From contig MEPR01000039.1 in assembly GCA_001769835.1 (NCBI GenBank), positions 56,101 to 120,100 on the forward strand: a stretch of DNA of 64,000 nucleotides, given 5' to 3'. The notes beneath the pieces were generated by a model that saw nothing but the letters and a program-made list of their open reading frames with translations, did not search any database and was not told where the DNA came from. This stretch comes from Bdellovibrionales bacterium GWB1_55_8 (lineage in GTDB: Bacteria > Bdellovibrionota > UBA1018). This document shows positions 18,033-28,653 of this stretch, piece after piece; positions within the stretch are counted from its first letter, which is position 1; each line of letters begins with the position of its first letter. A program made the position numbers and the translations under genes.

Positions 18033-20103
18033 ACGACAACCTCACCGTGGCGAAGGATTTGACGTTCACGTTCGTCGTGATCTCGTTATGCGAGAGCACC
18101 GTGACATTCGGAATAAAGCGATCCACCAGCGTTTTCAAATGTGCGCGGATCAGCGGTGAACAGAGCACAACAGGCTGAAGCGCCTGGCTGGAGAGTTCCA
18201 CTGCCTGCTGATTCAGCTGCGCGATAAAGCTTCGAACGAACTCAGGATCCAGCGAAAGCTGCTGACCCTGGTCAGTATGGATAATCCCTGAAGCGATCGT
18301 TTCCTCGATATTGCGATCCAGCGTGAGAAGATTGATCTGACCGTCGGGACCGGCGAGTTTGCGCGTGATCGTGCGCGCGAGCGCCGTACGCACGTGCTCG
18401 GTAAGCACCATCGGATCTTTCTGCTGGGGCGCTGAATCGGCAAGGGACTCCAGAATCGTGCGTAGATCGCGGATCGGAACACCTTCCTTGAGCAGATTCT
18501 TGAGCACCTTGAGGACAGCTCCGAGCGGGAGCAGATTCGGGATGAGATCGTCGACCACCTTGGGCGCGCTCTGTTTGATTGTATCGAGAAGCGCCTGAAG
18601 CTCCTGACGGCCCAGCAGCTCTCCTGCATGCTGTCTCACGAGCTCCGTCAGATGAGTCGCGATCACAGTGGACAGATCGACGACCGTATAACCGGCGTAC
18701 GTCGCCTCATCCTTCTGCCTCGGCGAGATCCAGAGCGCATCCAGGCCGAAAGCGGGTTCACGAGTGGGAATTCCAGAGACCGATTCCGTGACATTTCCCG
18801 GATCCATGGCAAGGAGCTGGCCCACCATCAGGGAGCCTGCCCCGATCTGAACGCCCTTCAGAAGGAGTTGATAATCACCCGGCTTGAGTTCCAGGTTGTC
18901 CCGGATTCGAAGCGGCGGAACGATGATGCCGAGGTCGAGCGCGAACTGCTTCCGGATGTTTGAAATACGCTCGAGAAGGTCCCCGTTCTGTTCGGCGTCC
19001 ACGATATTGATCAGGCCATAACCCACTTCGAGTTCGAGAGCGTCGACTGACAACAGATTCTCGAGCTTCTCCGGCGTGGGCTTGAGCTTTTCGACATCGG
19101 CCTTGCGCTGTTTGGCGGCTTCGACGTCGCGTTCTTTGTTTTGAAGATAGTAAGAGGCCCATCCGAGCGCCGCCGCCAGGATAAAAAACGGGATATGGGG
19201 AAGACCCGGAACCAACGCCATGAAGAACAGCACGCCCCCCGCCGCGCCGAGCGCCTTGGGCTTCATGATGAGCTGCTTGGAGAACTCCTGGCTGAAGTTG
19301 GTGCTCGTCGCCGTGCGGGTGACGATGATGCCAGCCGCGGTTGAAATAATGAGTGCCGGAATCTGGCTCACCAGACCGTCACCGATGGTGAGAAGCATGA
19401 AAGTCTCGGCCGCAGTTCCGAAATCCATGCCCTTCTGAAGGGTGCCGATCATGATCCCGCCAATGACATTCACAGCCACGATCATGATGCCTGCGATCGC
19501 ATCTCCCCGAACAAACTTGCTGGCACCATCCATGGCTCCGTAGAAATCCGCTTCACGCGCTATTTCAGAACGCCTTCGCCTGGCTTCCTCTTCATTGATC
19601 GCGCCGGCGTTCAAATCGGCATCAATCGACATCTGCTTGCCGGGCATGGCGTCCAACGTGAAACGCGCGGCGACTTCAGCCACCCGGCCAGCGCCCTTGG
19701 TGATGACGATGAAATTGATAATCACCAGGATTACGAAAATGATAATGCCGACGGCGTAATTTCCGCCAACAACGAATTCTCCGAAAGACTTGATGACCTC
19801 ACCTGCCGCGGCGGTTCCCTCTTCCGCGCCGCGAAGGAGAATCACGCGCGTGGTAGCCACGTTCAGAGACAGGCGAAACAAAGTCGTGATCAAAAGAAGC
19901 GAAGGGAAAACGCTGAAATCAAGGGCGCGCGTCGCGTAGACCGACGTGAGCAGAAGAACGAGCGAGATCGCGATACCGAGAGAAAGAAGAAGATCGAGCA
20001 GAAAGGCCGGCATCGGGATGACCATCACGGCCAGAATCCCCACCAGCCCCACGGCCATGGCGAAATCGGAATTTCCGGTGAGTCGCTGCAGGAAAGTTTT
20101 CAT
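18022..20103 (-). CDS. flhA: Flagellar export apparatus protein FlhA
   Basis: 693 aa with 8 N-terminal TM helices (FAMAVGLVGILAVMVIPMP…), the conserved FHIPF/cytoplasmic linker region and a large C-terminal cytoplasmic domain. Confidence 0.9.
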   Translation of the reverse strand: MKTFLQRLTGNSDFAMAVGLVGILAVMVIPMPAFLLDLLLSLGIAISLVLLLTSVYATRALDFSVFPSLLLITTLFRLSLNVATTRVILLRGAEEGTAAAGEVIKSFGEFVVGGNYAVGIIIFVILVIINFIVITKGAGRVAEVAARFTLDAMPGKQMSIDADLNAGAINEEEARRRRSEIAREADFYGAMDGASKFVRGDAIAGIMIVAVNVIGGIMIGTLQKGMDFGTAAETFMLLTIGDGLVSQIPALIISTAAGIIVTRTATSTNFSQEFSKQLIMKPKALGAAGGVLFFMALVPGLPHIPFFILAAALGWASYYLQNKERDVEAAKQRKADVEKLKPTPEKLENLLSVDALELEVGYGLINIVDAEQNGDLLERISNIRKQFALDLGIIVPPLRIRDNLELKPGDYQLLLKGVQIGAGSLMVGQLLAMDPGNVTESVSGIPTREPAFGLDALWISPRQKDEATYAGYTVVDLSTVIATHLTELVRQHAGELLGRQELQALLDTIKQSAPKVVDDLIPNLLPLGAVLKVLKNLLKEGVPIRDLRTILESLADSAPQQKDPMVLTEHVRTALARTITRKLAGPDGQINLLTLDRNIEETIASGIIHTDQGQQLSLDPEFVRSFIAQLNQQAVELSSQALQPVVLCSPLIRAHLKTLVDRFIPNVTVLSHNEITTNVNVKSFATVRLSYAS

Positions 20104-20106
20104 CTC

Positions 20107-21198
20107 TTACAGATCCCTCTTGTTCTTGAGCCGATAAACGTAGGCCAGGACTTCAGCTACGGCCTGGTACAGGGCCCTGGGTATATATTGCCCTACTTTG
20201 ACGCTCTTGTAGAGAGTTCGCGCGAGCGGAACATTTTCCACGAGGGGTACCCCTGCATCCGAAGCAATTTTCTTGATTCTTTGAGCAAGGAAATCGGCGC
20301 CTTTTGCCACCACCTTGGGCGCGAGCATGCCATCCTTCGAATAGACGATCGCGACCGCGATATGCGTCGGATTTGTGACGATGACATCCGCTTTTTTCAC
20401 GGCTTCCATCATCCGCTTGCGCGCCATTTCGCGCTGAACCGCGCGAATGCGGGCTTTGATCATCGGATCACCTTCGCGCTCTTTATGTTCCTGCTTGGCT
20501 TCCTGCTTGGTTAACCGGAGGTTTTTATTGTAATCTCGCTTTTGCAGGATGAAATCAAACACCGCAAAGACGCTCAAAATCCCGATGAGCGCCAAAAAAA
20601 TGACTTTTGCCGCACTTCCGTAAGCCTGAAGGACGGATACCGGCTCGCTGCCCACCTGCCCGGGAGACTTGAGTACTTCCGTTTTGATCAGAGCATAGGT
20701 TACCACGAAAATGACAGCTGCCTTGAATACCAGCCGAACGCCGTTCACCGCCTGCTTCATGGAGAACATGCGCTTGAGCCCCTGGATCGGGTCGAGCTTG
20801 CTCAAATCCATGTTCAACGGGTCCGTCGAAAAAATGCTCCCGATCTGGGAGAAACTCGCCGCCACGCCGACAACGAACCCCGCAATCGCCACGGGCAAAC
20901 CCACAAGTGCCGTGAGCGAAAGGGCTTTCATCAGGAATGTCCGGAGCACGTCGTTCGCGCCGAGATTCAGCCGCGACGAAAGATCCGCGCGAAAGACCTC
21001 GTACATGAATTCCGTGAGCTGGCTCTGCATCTTCGGAGCGAGGATGTAAGTCATGGCACCGGCCGCAAGCAGCGCCGCCAACCCGGAGATCTCGCGACTC
21101 TGGGCGACCTTACCTTTGCGCCGATAATCTTCTAATCGGTGCTGCGATACTTCTTCGCTTAAGTCTTCTGAGGACCTTTCGTCCTGATTCTCAGCCAT
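20107..21198 (-). CDS. flhB: Flagellar export apparatus protein FlhB
   Basis: 363 aa with 4 TM helices and the NPTH autocleavage motif (VIVTNPTHIAVAIVY). Confidence 0.9.
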   Translation of the reverse strand: MAENQDERSSEDLSEEVSQHRLEDYRRKGKVAQSREISGLAALLAAGAMTYILAPKMQSQLTEFMYEVFRADLSSRLNLGANDVLRTFLMKALSLTALVGLPVAIAGFVVGVAASFSQIGSIFSTDPLNMDLSKLDPIQGLKRMFSMKQAVNGVRLVFKAAVIFVVTYALIKTEVLKSPGQVGSEPVSVLQAYGSAAKVIFLALIGILSVFAVFDFILQKRDYNKNLRLTKQEAKQEHKEREGDPMIKARIRAVQREMARKRMMEAVKKADVIVTNPTHIAVAIVYSKDGMLAPKVVAKGADFLAQRIKKIASDAGVPLVENVPLARTLYKSVKVGQYIPRALYQAVAEVLAYVYRLKNKRDL

Positions 21199-22022
21199 CA
21201 GGTTCCCTTCGCCATGGCGCGCATGACCGCTTCCATGCTTTCCCCGACCTTGCCGAGCATATTCGCCGTGACCGCCTGAAATTCAGGCAGGCTCAGCATC
21301 AACACGAGAAGCCCGATCAACGCGCTCGCCGCGAAAGACAACATAAGAACATTTAGCTGGGGCATGGCTTTCGCCATCACGCCGAACGCCACGTTGACGG
21401 CGAACAAAGCAATCGCGACCGGCGCCGCGAGCTCAACGCCGAACCGAACGACTTCTCCGGAGATCTGGATCAGCTTCTCACTGAAAGCCCCGCCCAGCCC
21501 CAACTCCACCGCGCCCAGGCCCCCCACTCCGACAATGGCGTAACTTCCCGTCACGGCCTGAAGCATGATGTGATGGCCATCGAGCGCCAGAAACACGAGC
21601 ATGGCCATCGCCATCTGGAATTCAGCCACCACCTGGCTTTGGGCTTCAAGGTGCGGGTCATACATGCTGGCGATACCGAAACCCATGAACTGGCCCACCA
21701 GGTTCCCGGCGAAAAAAACCGCCTCAAAAACCATCCTGCCCGCGAACCCGACAGCAAGCCCGAACAGCGCTTCCAGGGTGATCGTCCCGACGATACCACT
21801 GGTGCTGGAGGCCCAGACCATCGCTTCACCTGGTTTGACGAAACCTTTGGCCACAAGGAAAGGATAGAGCGCGACGCTCACCGAAAGTGAAAGCAGGACT
21901 TTCACCGGCGTTGGCACCATGCGATCACCCAGAAAGGGAAGAACCGAGAAAAGAACGCTGAAGCGGACCAGTACCGCGAAAAAGCTGAGCAGTTCTTCCT
22001 GATTGAGCTGAAAAGCCCCCAT
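21198..22022 (-). CDS. fliR: Flagellar export protein FliR
   Basis: 274-aa polytopic membrane protein placed between fliQ and flhB. Confidence 0.85.
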   Translation of the reverse strand: MGAFQLNQEELLSFFAVLVRFSVLFSVLPFLGDRMVPTPVKVLLSLSVSVALYPFLVAKGFVKPGEAMVWASSTSGIVGTITLEALFGLAVGFAGRMVFEAVFFAGNLVGQFMGFGIASMYDPHLEAQSQVVAEFQMAMAMLVFLALDGHHIMLQAVTGSYAIVGVGGLGAVELGLGGAFSEKLIQISGEVVRFGVELAAPVAIALFAVNVAFGVMAKAMPQLNVLMLSFAASALIGLLVLMLSLPEFQAVTANMLGKVGESMEAVMRAMAKGT

Positions 22023-22023
22023 T

Positions 22024-22293
22024 TCACCTCACCAAGTCGCCGGCATTGCCCAGGACTTCGATCGTATACTGCTGAAGCATCTCGAGCATCCAGGGCGCCA
22101 TGACCACCAGGACGAGCACTACCGCGACCATCTTCGGGATGAAGGTCAGGGTCGCTTCATTGATCTGAGTGATTGCCTGCAGAACACTGACCAGAATACC
22201 AATGACCATCGCGGCAAGAAGCATCGGCCCCGCCAGATACACCACGATCTTGATGGCTTCTGAACCGAGTGCTAAAACCATGTCTTCAGTCAT
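22024..22293 (-). CDS. fliQ: Flagellar export protein FliQ
   Basis: 89 aa with 2 TM helices and the FliQ-typical sequence (…LQAITQINEATLTFIPK…). Confidence 0.85.
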   Translation of the reverse strand: MTEDMVLALGSEAIKIVVYLAGPMLLAAMVIGILVSVLQAITQINEATLTFIPKMVAVVLVLVVMAPWMLEMLQQYTIEVLGNAGDLVR

Positions 22294-22316
22294 TTCGTTC
22301 TCCCCGCACGCTTAAA

Positions 22317-23105
22317 TTAACCGAAGCTCTTGACCAGACTTCCGACCACGAGCTCCCACCCGTCCACCAGGACGAACAAGAGAAGTTTGAACGGAAGCGA
22401 GATCACCACAGGCGGCAGCATCATCATGCCCATCGCCATCAGGACGCTAGCAACGACCATATCAAGGACGAGAAACGGCAGATAAAGCATGAAGCCGATC
22501 TGAAAAGCCGTTTTCAATTCACTGATCACGAAAGCGGGAATCAGCACATAAGTCGGGACGTCATCGCGATTCTGAGGCTTTGCTTCCTTGGAGAGGGAAA
22601 GAAACAGCTCGAGATCCTTTTCCCGCGTCTGCGAGAACATGAATTCCCTGAGCGGCGCCTCGGCCCTTTCGTACGCGACGGACTGTGTGATTTTCTCGTT
22701 CATGAAAGGCTCGACCGCGTTCGCGGAAATCGCCTTCCACGTCGGGGCCATGACAAAGAACGAAAGAAAAAGCGAGAGGCCGACAATCAGCTGATTGGGC
22801 GGCATCTGCTGGGTTCCAAGCGCGTGTCGCACGAAGCTGAGCACCACGACAATGCGAGTGAACGAGGTCATCATGATCAGGATGGCCGGTGCCAGCGAAA
22901 GCACCGTCAGCATCATGATGATCCGAAGCACCGACACAACGTCAGTGGGTTTCTGATTGTCAGCGAAAGACAGGCTCAACGAAGGAAGAGAGAGCCCGGA
23001 AGTTCCAGGAATATAGCCGCCCCCGCCGGTGCCCTCGGCAAATGCCGGAACCGCCGCGAGGAGAAGCAGAAAGCCTGAAAGAAACGCCAGGCGCGAGCCT
23101 CTCAT
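22317..23105 (-). CDS. fliP: Flagellar export protein FliP
   Basis: 262 aa with a signal peptide and conserved FliP motifs (…[17 protein letters not shown]…, …[29 protein letters not shown]…). Confidence 0.9.
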   Translation of the reverse strand: MRGSRLAFLSGFLLLLAAVPAFAEGTGGGGYIPGTSGLSLPSLSLSFADNQKPTDVVSVLRIIMMLTVLSLAPAILIMMTSFTRIVVVLSFVRHALGTQQMPPNQLIVGLSLFLSFFVMAPTWKAISANAVEPFMNEKITQSVAYERAEAPLREFMFSQTREKDLELFLSLSKEAKPQNRDDVPTYVLIPAFVISELKTAFQIGFMLYLPFLVLDMVVASVLMAMGMMMLPPVVISLPFKLLLFVLVDGWELVVGSLVKSFG

Positions 23106-24355
23106 AATTGTTTCAGCCCTTCCAGACGGCTTTTGATCCGCGCGCGCACGTCCGAATCATTCACGCGCGCCGCATGGGCCGCCGCTTGCGTTGCCACAGG
23201 CGCTGTCTTTTGAATCGAAGGCTTACGCGCCTCCGACCTGAGTACATCCGAAAAATCCACCTGCGTGGCGCTTACGCCTTTCGCGGTGGTCGCGGCCAGA
23301 AGTGCCGAAGCAGCGCTACTCTGTACCTGACGCGCGTCGGCCTTGGCCTGTTGGGCGGTGCCGAGCTTCCGGGCCTCGGGTTCAGCGATACGGAGTCCGA
23401 GATCCTCGAGGTCTGAAATTTCCATATTGAGGGACGACTCGCCGGAATCCGCGCCCAGCTGGGTGATCAGATTGATGGATTCCTCGGTTATGCCAAGGAC
23501 CATCGTCCGGCCGGCAACGCGCACGACCGCAATGCTTTTCTTCGGACCAAGATAATGATTCGAGAGAACCTCGATCATCTTCTTCTTTCCGATGCCGTTT
23601 TTCGCCAGGCGATTCAGGATGGGATTGCCACGAAGAAACTTTCTGAAACCGAAAGCGACTGCCCCGAGCAGAGCGATGATCGCAGCGAGTTTTCCAAAGA
23701 CCCTGAACGGACTGGGCAGAGGTTTGCCGCCAGTCAGCTGTTTCGTCGCGCCGGCCTTCGAATCCTGACGCATCACCTTCTCAAGAAGCTTTTTCTGTTC
23801 CGGATCATTGATCTGGACCGAGTCCGCGGTGCGCGTATCGCTATCGATCTTCGCAACGCCCGCTTTACGCGGCTCGCTCCTGGCTTCGATCGGCTTGGCC
23901 GCCGTTGCCGCGACACGATCCACGGTGATTCCGTTCGTCAGGCGAACGGTGAGAATTTTGCCGTTGGGGACGATCTCGATCCGATCCTTGTAATCCTCCG
24001 CATTGCCCTTCACGGAAAGACGGCATCTCACGAGTTTCGGCGTGTACTGATACGCGAAGATCTTGGTGAGATTTCCTCCGTTCACGGAAGAGATCTTCGC
24101 CGGATACACGGAAGTATCCGACAAGCTGATCTGGACGATGTCCTTGAAGAACTCGGCCTGGATCTGTTTTTTGTTTATCTTTCCGTCAAACAGCAAATCC
24201 ACCTGGGATCCGCCGGAAACCTGCACCTGCTTCAAACCAAGCAGGGTTGCACCCGCTTCATTGGCCCCAAACAGCGCCACAAGCAGCAGGCCCGAGAAGA
24301 TTCCCGTGAATGCTCTGAAATTCGTTATGCCCCTCATTTTCGCCTTCCTTGGCAC
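23102..24355 (-). CDS. FliO/FliZ-like flagellar biosynthesis protein, enlarged to 417 aa
   Basis: Occupies the fliO slot between fliN and fliP. An internal TM ([15 protein letters not shown]) is followed by a FliO-like segment (…[41 protein letters not shown]…). Extra N-terminal signal/TM plus an ~180-aa domain, and an A/Q-rich C-terminal tail. Confidence 0.5.
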   Translation of the reverse strand: MPRKAKMRGITNFRAFTGIFSGLLLVALFGANEAGATLLGLKQVQVSGGSQVDLLFDGKINKKQIQAEFFKDIVQISLSDTSVYPAKISSVNGGNLTKIFAYQYTPKLVRCRLSVKGNAEDYKDRIEIVPNGKILTVRLTNGITVDRVAATAAKPIEARSEPRKAGVAKIDSDTRTADSVQINDPEQKKLLEKVMRQDSKAGATKQLTGGKPLPSPFRVFGKLAAIIALLGAVAFGFRKFLRGNPILNRLAKNGIGKKKMIEVLSNHYLGPKKSIAVVRVAGRTMVLGITEESINLITQLGADSGESSLNMEISDLEDLGLRIAEPEARKLGTAQQAKADARQVQSSAASALLAATTAKGVSATQVDFSDVLRSEARKPSIQKTAPVATQAAAHAARVNDSDVRARIKSRLEGLKQL

Positions 24356-24467
24356 TACAAGAGCTTACCGCTCTTCATCGCCGGGCGTTTAACCCGCGAT
24401 ATTCCTGCGGCCGTCGGAGCCCCCCGCCCCCACAGTCCGCGCGGAGCATCCTGCCCCGCTTGCGAGC

Positions 24468-24890
24468 TTACTTCAGCTGCTCGATCCGCTCCACCGGTGA
24501 AATGATATCTGTCAGACGGATACCGAACTTCTCGTTCACCACGACGACTTCTCCACGTGCAATGAGCTTTTCGTTCACCAGAACTTCGAGTGGCTCACCC
24601 GCGAACTTCGAAAGCTCGATCACCGACCCCTGCGCGAGCTGCAGGATCTCGCGGATGGCCATTTTTGAACGTCCCAGTTCAACCGTGAGCTTGAGCGGGA
24701 TATCCAGGATGAAATCGAGAGACTGCACCTGTTGCGCCGTGGCTCGGGAGCCGCCCGAAGCCTGCGCAGCACTATGCCCGCCGCCGCCCATGCCTTCCAT
24801 GCCTCCCGCTTGCGATCCGGCAGCCGCGAGCGCGGCTCCGATATCGCCCATATTGATATCACCCAGTGGAGATGCCGATTGATCGTTCAT
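24468..24890 (-). CDS. fliN: Flagellar motor switch protein FliN
   Basis: 140 aa with a C-terminal SpoA domain (…LDIPLKLTVELGRSKMAIREILQLAQGSVIELSKFAGEPLEVLVNEKLIARGEVVVVNEKFGIRLTDII). Confidence 0.85.
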   Translation of the reverse strand: MNDQSASPLGDINMGDIGAALAAAGSQAGGMEGMGGGGHSAAQASGGSRATAQQVQSLDFILDIPLKLTVELGRSKMAIREILQLAQGSVIELSKFAGEPLEVLVNEKLIARGEVVVVNEKFGIRLTDIISPVERIEQLK

Positions 24891-24903
24891 ATTACTCTCC
24901 TGC

Positions 24904-25929
24904 CTACTCGTTATCCGGAATTCTGGTCACCTGAACGGCCCGATTGCCGCGCGAGACACCGAAGAATGCCTTGAATTTGGAGACGCCCTCGACCTCGACA
25001 TCGAGTTCCGCATCCGCGTTCTGCGTCAGAGGGACGATGTCCCCGACGTTCAGGTTCACGAGATCGCCAACTGTGATCATGGCGGCCCCGAGATTCACCC
25101 TGACGTTCACCTCCGCATTGCGAAGATGCTCTTCCATTTTCGCGGTCCATTCCTTGTCATGCCGATCGGACTCGGTCTGGAAAGACGCGTTCAACTTGTT
25201 TTTAATGGGCTCGATCGTCGAATAAGGGATCACCAGCGCGATTGTGCCGCTGGCGTTCTCCAGTTCAACCTCGAATGTGGTCGAAATGATCACGTCAGAA
25301 GGCGGCACCACGCCGACGAACTGCGGATTCACTTCGGTACGCATGAAGCTGATGTCAACCTTGTGAACCGGGGCCCACGCGTCCTCGAGATCCTTGATTG
25401 CAAGATCCATCACCTTCTTCATGATGGAAAGTTCGATGCGAGTGAACTCCTTGCCCTCGATCTTGGTGTAGGGTCGGTCCGTTCCGCCGAAAAAGCTGTC
25501 AACCAGCGCATAAGCGAGCTTCGATTCGAATACGAGGAGCGCCGGTCCATGAAGGCTTTCAAAGCGCATGATGCACATGCAGCTGGGGATCGGAAGCGTG
25601 TTGACGAACTCACCGAATTTCAAAAGGTCCGTTGAAATGATGCTGATAGTGGCGATCTTGCGCAGCGAATTGGACAGCGACATCCGGTACAGGCGGATGA
25701 AACGTTCATAAATGATGTCGAGGGTCGGCATGCGACCGCGAATCACGCGGTCCTGATTGGTCAGGTCATAAGGGGCAATATCGGCATCCGGGAGAAAACC
25801 GGCCGTCGCATCACCAAAACCGCCACCGCTCGCCTCTTGGGCCTGAGGGGCCGCGGTGGTCTCAACAGACCCCTCGACCACCGCGCTGAGCAGCGCATCG
25901 ACTTCTGATTGGGTCAGTACCTGGTTCAT
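24904..25929 (-). CDS. fliM: Flagellar motor switch protein FliM
   Basis: 341 aa starting MNQVLTQSEVDALL (the CheY-P-binding LSQxEIDALL motif), with a CheC-like middle domain and C-terminal SpoA. Confidence 0.85.
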   Translation of the reverse strand: MNQVLTQSEVDALLSAVVEGSVETTAAPQAQEASGGGFGDATAGFLPDADIAPYDLTNQDRVIRGRMPTLDIIYERFIRLYRMSLSNSLRKIATISIISTDLLKFGEFVNTLPIPSCMCIMRFESLHGPALLVFESKLAYALVDSFFGGTDRPYTKIEGKEFTRIELSIMKKVMDLAIKDLEDAWAPVHKVDISFMRTEVNPQFVGVVPPSDVIISTTFEVELENASGTIALVIPYSTIEPIKNKLNASFQTESDRHDKEWTAKMEEHLRNAEVNVRVNLGAAMITVGDLVNLNVGDIVPLTQNADAELDVEVEGVSKFKAFFGVSRGNRAVQVTRIPDNE

Positions 25930-25982
25930 GCCTTCCTAGCCTCCACGGGCATCCTGCCCGACTTCGTCAGCCTCTCGGCTGC

Positions 25983-26558
25983 CTAGCTACTCAGGGCGAA
26001 ATTCGTGAAAAACACGCCCTTCACCTTGCCTGTCACCAGAAACGCATTCAATGCGCTCCTGATTTCCTCCTTCAGATAATCCCGACCCTCCGCCGTAGCC
26101 AGATCGGCGGGTCGCTTGCTGTTGAACAGATCAATCACGACGTTCCGCACCTGCGGCATCTTGAGATTGACCTCGCTCTCGGAATCTTCATTGGGAACTT
26201 CAAGAGAGATGTTCACGCGGACGAATTTCGGATTCACGCTTCCGGGTGTCGCAAGATTCACGGTGAATTGATCGAGCGTCACCATTTTTCCGAAATTCGT
26301 GGGCTTCTTGGCTTCAGCCGCGCCCTTGGCGCCATGCTCGCCCTTTCCATCGCCCTGTGCTGCAGGTGAATTCGCCGCGAGATCCTCAATGGCTGGAGTT
26401 TTCTGGTCGCGTTGAAACGCGACGAAAAGAATACCGAGCATTCCGAGAGTCACAAGAGTGTTGATGCCCGTCAGAATGAGTACGAGCTTGCTGCCTCCCC
26501 CGCCTGAGGAGGCGCTGACTGGCGCTTCAATTTTTTCGATATCTTCTTTTGCGGCCAT
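25983..26558 (-). CDS. fliL: Flagellar basal-body-associated protein FliL
   Basis: 191 aa with a single TM (LVLILTGINTLVTLGMLGILFVAF) and a FliL periplasmic domain (…FVRVNISLEV…). Confidence 0.75.
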   Translation of the reverse strand: MAAKEDIEKIEAPVSASSGGGGSKLVLILTGINTLVTLGMLGILFVAFQRDQKTPAIEDLAANSPAAQGDGKGEHGAKGAAEAKKPTNFGKMVTLDQFTVNLATPGSVNPKFVRVNISLEVPNEDSESEVNLKMPQVRNVVIDLFNSKRPADLATAEGRDYLKEEIRSALNAFLVTGKVKGVFFTNFALSS

Positions 26559-26833
26559 GAGTCCGGGGTTCCCTCCACCTGACTGCTATTATTTTGCTAC
26601 GCAGACTCAGGGTGAAGCAAGGCCCATCTTCAGGCCGGCCGGGCATGGATGTCAAAAAGAGGTCAGAAAAAGGCTCACAACGGGTGCGCGAACTCAAAAC
26701 GGGCTTACTTACAGGCTTTTTCAGATTGGGCGCCGCCCGGGGGGCAAGGGGGCAGGAAGGAAAGAGCAGTCAAATACCGTCAGTCAAATGACACTCAATC
26801 GATCCTGAACCCCTCACCGGCTCAATTCAGCGA

Positions 26834-28117
26834 TTAACCACGTTTGAGGTTAATCACTTCCTGCATCATCTCGTCAGCCGTGCTGACCACCTTGCTGTTC
26901 GCCTGGAACGCGCGCTGCGCGGTCATCATGTTGATGAACTCAGTCGCGATATCCGTGGTCGAGGATTCGATGGTCTTCGAAGACACGCGGCCACGGCCGC
27001 CCGTGGACGGCGCACCGATTGTCGGCTGACCGGAGAGTCGGCTTTCGCGATAACGGTTCTGACCGTTCTTGAAGAGGCCTTCCGGGTTTTCGAATTTCGC
27101 AAGCGAGATCTGCGCCAGATTGATGGTCTGACCATTCGTGTAAATGGCGGAAAGATTTCCGTCATCATTGAAGGTAAGACCTGCAAGAGTACCAGCAGTG
27201 AAGCCGTCCTGCAGTGTTTTGTAAGCTTCGGAAGCGGTACCGTACTGCGTGACCTGGAGGCCGGGGCCGCCATTATTCTTGTCTTCACCGAAATTGAAGC
27301 GGATCTCCTGGTCCGGAAGAGCTCCCTTGTTGAACTGGAAGCTGGAATTTTCCGTGATCTGCTCCTTCAGGCGTCCGTCGTTGTCAAACAGCAGTTTTCC
27401 CCGTGCCTGCTCGAGCATCTCACCTTTTTTACCGCCGACGACCTCGTCGCCTTTGGCCATCGCGCGCCAAGTCCATTCACCGTCATCCGTTTTATTGAAA
27501 TAAACCGTGACCACATGGGCGGTACCAGCCGTGTCGTACACCGTGGCACCCGTCGCGAAATGCGAGGTCTGATCCGGGCGTTTGGGATCGAACTTCAAAG
27601 AGACCTCAGCGCGAAGGTCGAGGTTCATGAATAAATCCACATCCGTCGTCTTCTTCGCGTCGACCACAGTGCGGTTGACCGAAATATCACCCATTTTGGA
27701 GGTGATTTTGCCATCCTCATCGGCCATGAAGCCCTGCACCTTGAAGCCGTCCGCATTGATCAGCTTGCCATCCTTGTCGAAATGGAAGGCACCGTTTCGG
27801 CTGAAGCTCTGCCCATCCACACCTTCGAGCACGAAGAAGCCGTCGCCGGTGATGGCGAGGTCGGTGGACGATTCAGTCTGCACGATCGACCCCTGCGAGA
27901 AAACCGGATTAACCGCGGCGAGCCGGGTTCCGCGGCCGATCTGATTTCCGCCGAGAAGACCTTTCAAGGATTTTGCGATCACGTCCTGGAACTCGGGACG
28001 GCTTGTCTTGAAGCCGACCGTGTTCGCATTTGCAATGTTGTCACCGTAGATGGCGAGAGCTTCGCCCTGACCCTGCAGACCCGTGATACCCGTATACATT
28101 GAAGAGAGAATACCCAT
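26834..28117 (-). CDS. flgE: Flagellar hook protein FlgE
   Basis: N-terminal flagellar-rod domain (…SSMYTGITGLQGQGEALAIYGDNIANANTVGFK…) and C-terminal conserved …STADEMMQEVINLKRG. Start placed at MGILSS, while the ORF track extends to 28141. Confidence 0.85.
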   Translation of the reverse strand: MGILSSMYTGITGLQGQGEALAIYGDNIANANTVGFKTSRPEFQDVIAKSLKGLLGGNQIGRGTRLAAVNPVFSQGSIVQTESSTDLAITGDGFFVLEGVDGQSFSRNGAFHFDKDGKLINADGFKVQGFMADEDGKITSKMGDISVNRTVVDAKKTTDVDLFMNLDLRAEVSLKFDPKRPDQTSHFATGATVYDTAGTAHVVTVYFNKTDDGEWTWRAMAKGDEVVGGKKGEMLEQARGKLLFDNDGRLKEQITENSSFQFNKGALPDQEIRFNFGEDKNNGGPGLQVTQYGTASEAYKTLQDGFTAGTLAGLTFNDDGNLSAIYTNGQTINLAQISLAKFENPEGLFKNGQNRYRESRLSGQPTIGAPSTGGRGRVSSKTIESSTTDIATEFINMMTAQRAFQANSKVVSTADEMMQEVINLKRG

Positions 28118-28227
28118 AAAGAAACGCCTCCATGCGTTCATGAATTAAGGTTTTACCAGCCCGTCAATCAATCGGGGCCGGCTAGGCTTCCCTTATGGGT
28201 CCAGCCTATATGTGGCAATCCGCCACG

Positions 28228-28653
28228 CTAAACGATCACTGCTCCGTCAATATTCGTGAACACGTTGCCCGACATCGAATTCTTGTCGAGTGCCGTGATC
28301 ACAGTTCGGTTCTTCACGCTGACTATCAACGCCGCATCCGGCGTCAACACGAGCGTGTCTCCAAGACCCTTTGCATCAGCCTTATCCACGGCATTGCTGA
28401 CTTTCGCCATCATCGCCGGGTCCAGTTTGATATTTCGTTCGCGTAGTCTCTGCGTCGCATGCGCCGAGAATTTCAGCGGCGCCCGCATCTGGTCCAGTTC
28501 GGGCTGCGCGGAAGTCCCGAGAGTATTCTCGAGAACGCGATCGAATTCTCCTTTTACCGCGTCATTTTTCCTGGGTAGCCGGTCCGATTGTCCGATACCG
28601 GACTGCCCGGGCAATGAGGTCACATTGGGGTAAAGAAATGGTCCACTGCTCAT
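28228..28653 (-). CDS. Small 'flagellar operon protein' found between flgD and flgE in Firmicute- and spirochaete-type operons; function unknown
   Basis: 141-aa ORF tightly packed between flgD and flgE. Assigned by position and size only. Confidence 0.4.
   Translation of the reverse strand: MSSGPFLYPNVTSLPGQSGIGQSDRLPRKNDAVKGEFDRVLENTLGTSAQPELDQMRAPLKFSAHATQRLRERNIKLDPAMMAKVSNAVDKADAKGLGDTLVLTPDAALIVSVKNRTVITALDKNSMSGNVFTNIDGAVIV

Noticed and set aside
20542-21135. 197-aa plus-strand ORF antisense to flhB
   Set aside because: Arg/His-rich shadow ORF inside a conserved membrane-protein gene.
22269-23078. 269-aa plus-strand ORF (His/Arg-rich) antisense to fliP
   Set aside because: Low-complexity basic shadow ORF. 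fliP on the minus strand is unambiguous.
23555-24505. 316-aa plus-strand ORF antisense to the fliO-like gene and fliN
   Set aside because: It spans two minus-strand genes and their intergenic region. Composition typical of a GC-rich shadow ORF.
26559-26833. 276-bp flgE-fliL intergenic region, searched for sigma-28 (TAAA-N15-GCCGATAA) and sigma-54 (TGGCAC-N5-TTGC) promoter motifs, and for a sigma-54 promoter upstream of flgB (47180-47413)
   Set aside because: No convincing match to either consensus could be confirmed by eye. GGAAGCGGCAACTTTTGCC upstream of flgB has the wrong GG-GC spacing. Promoters were therefore not called.
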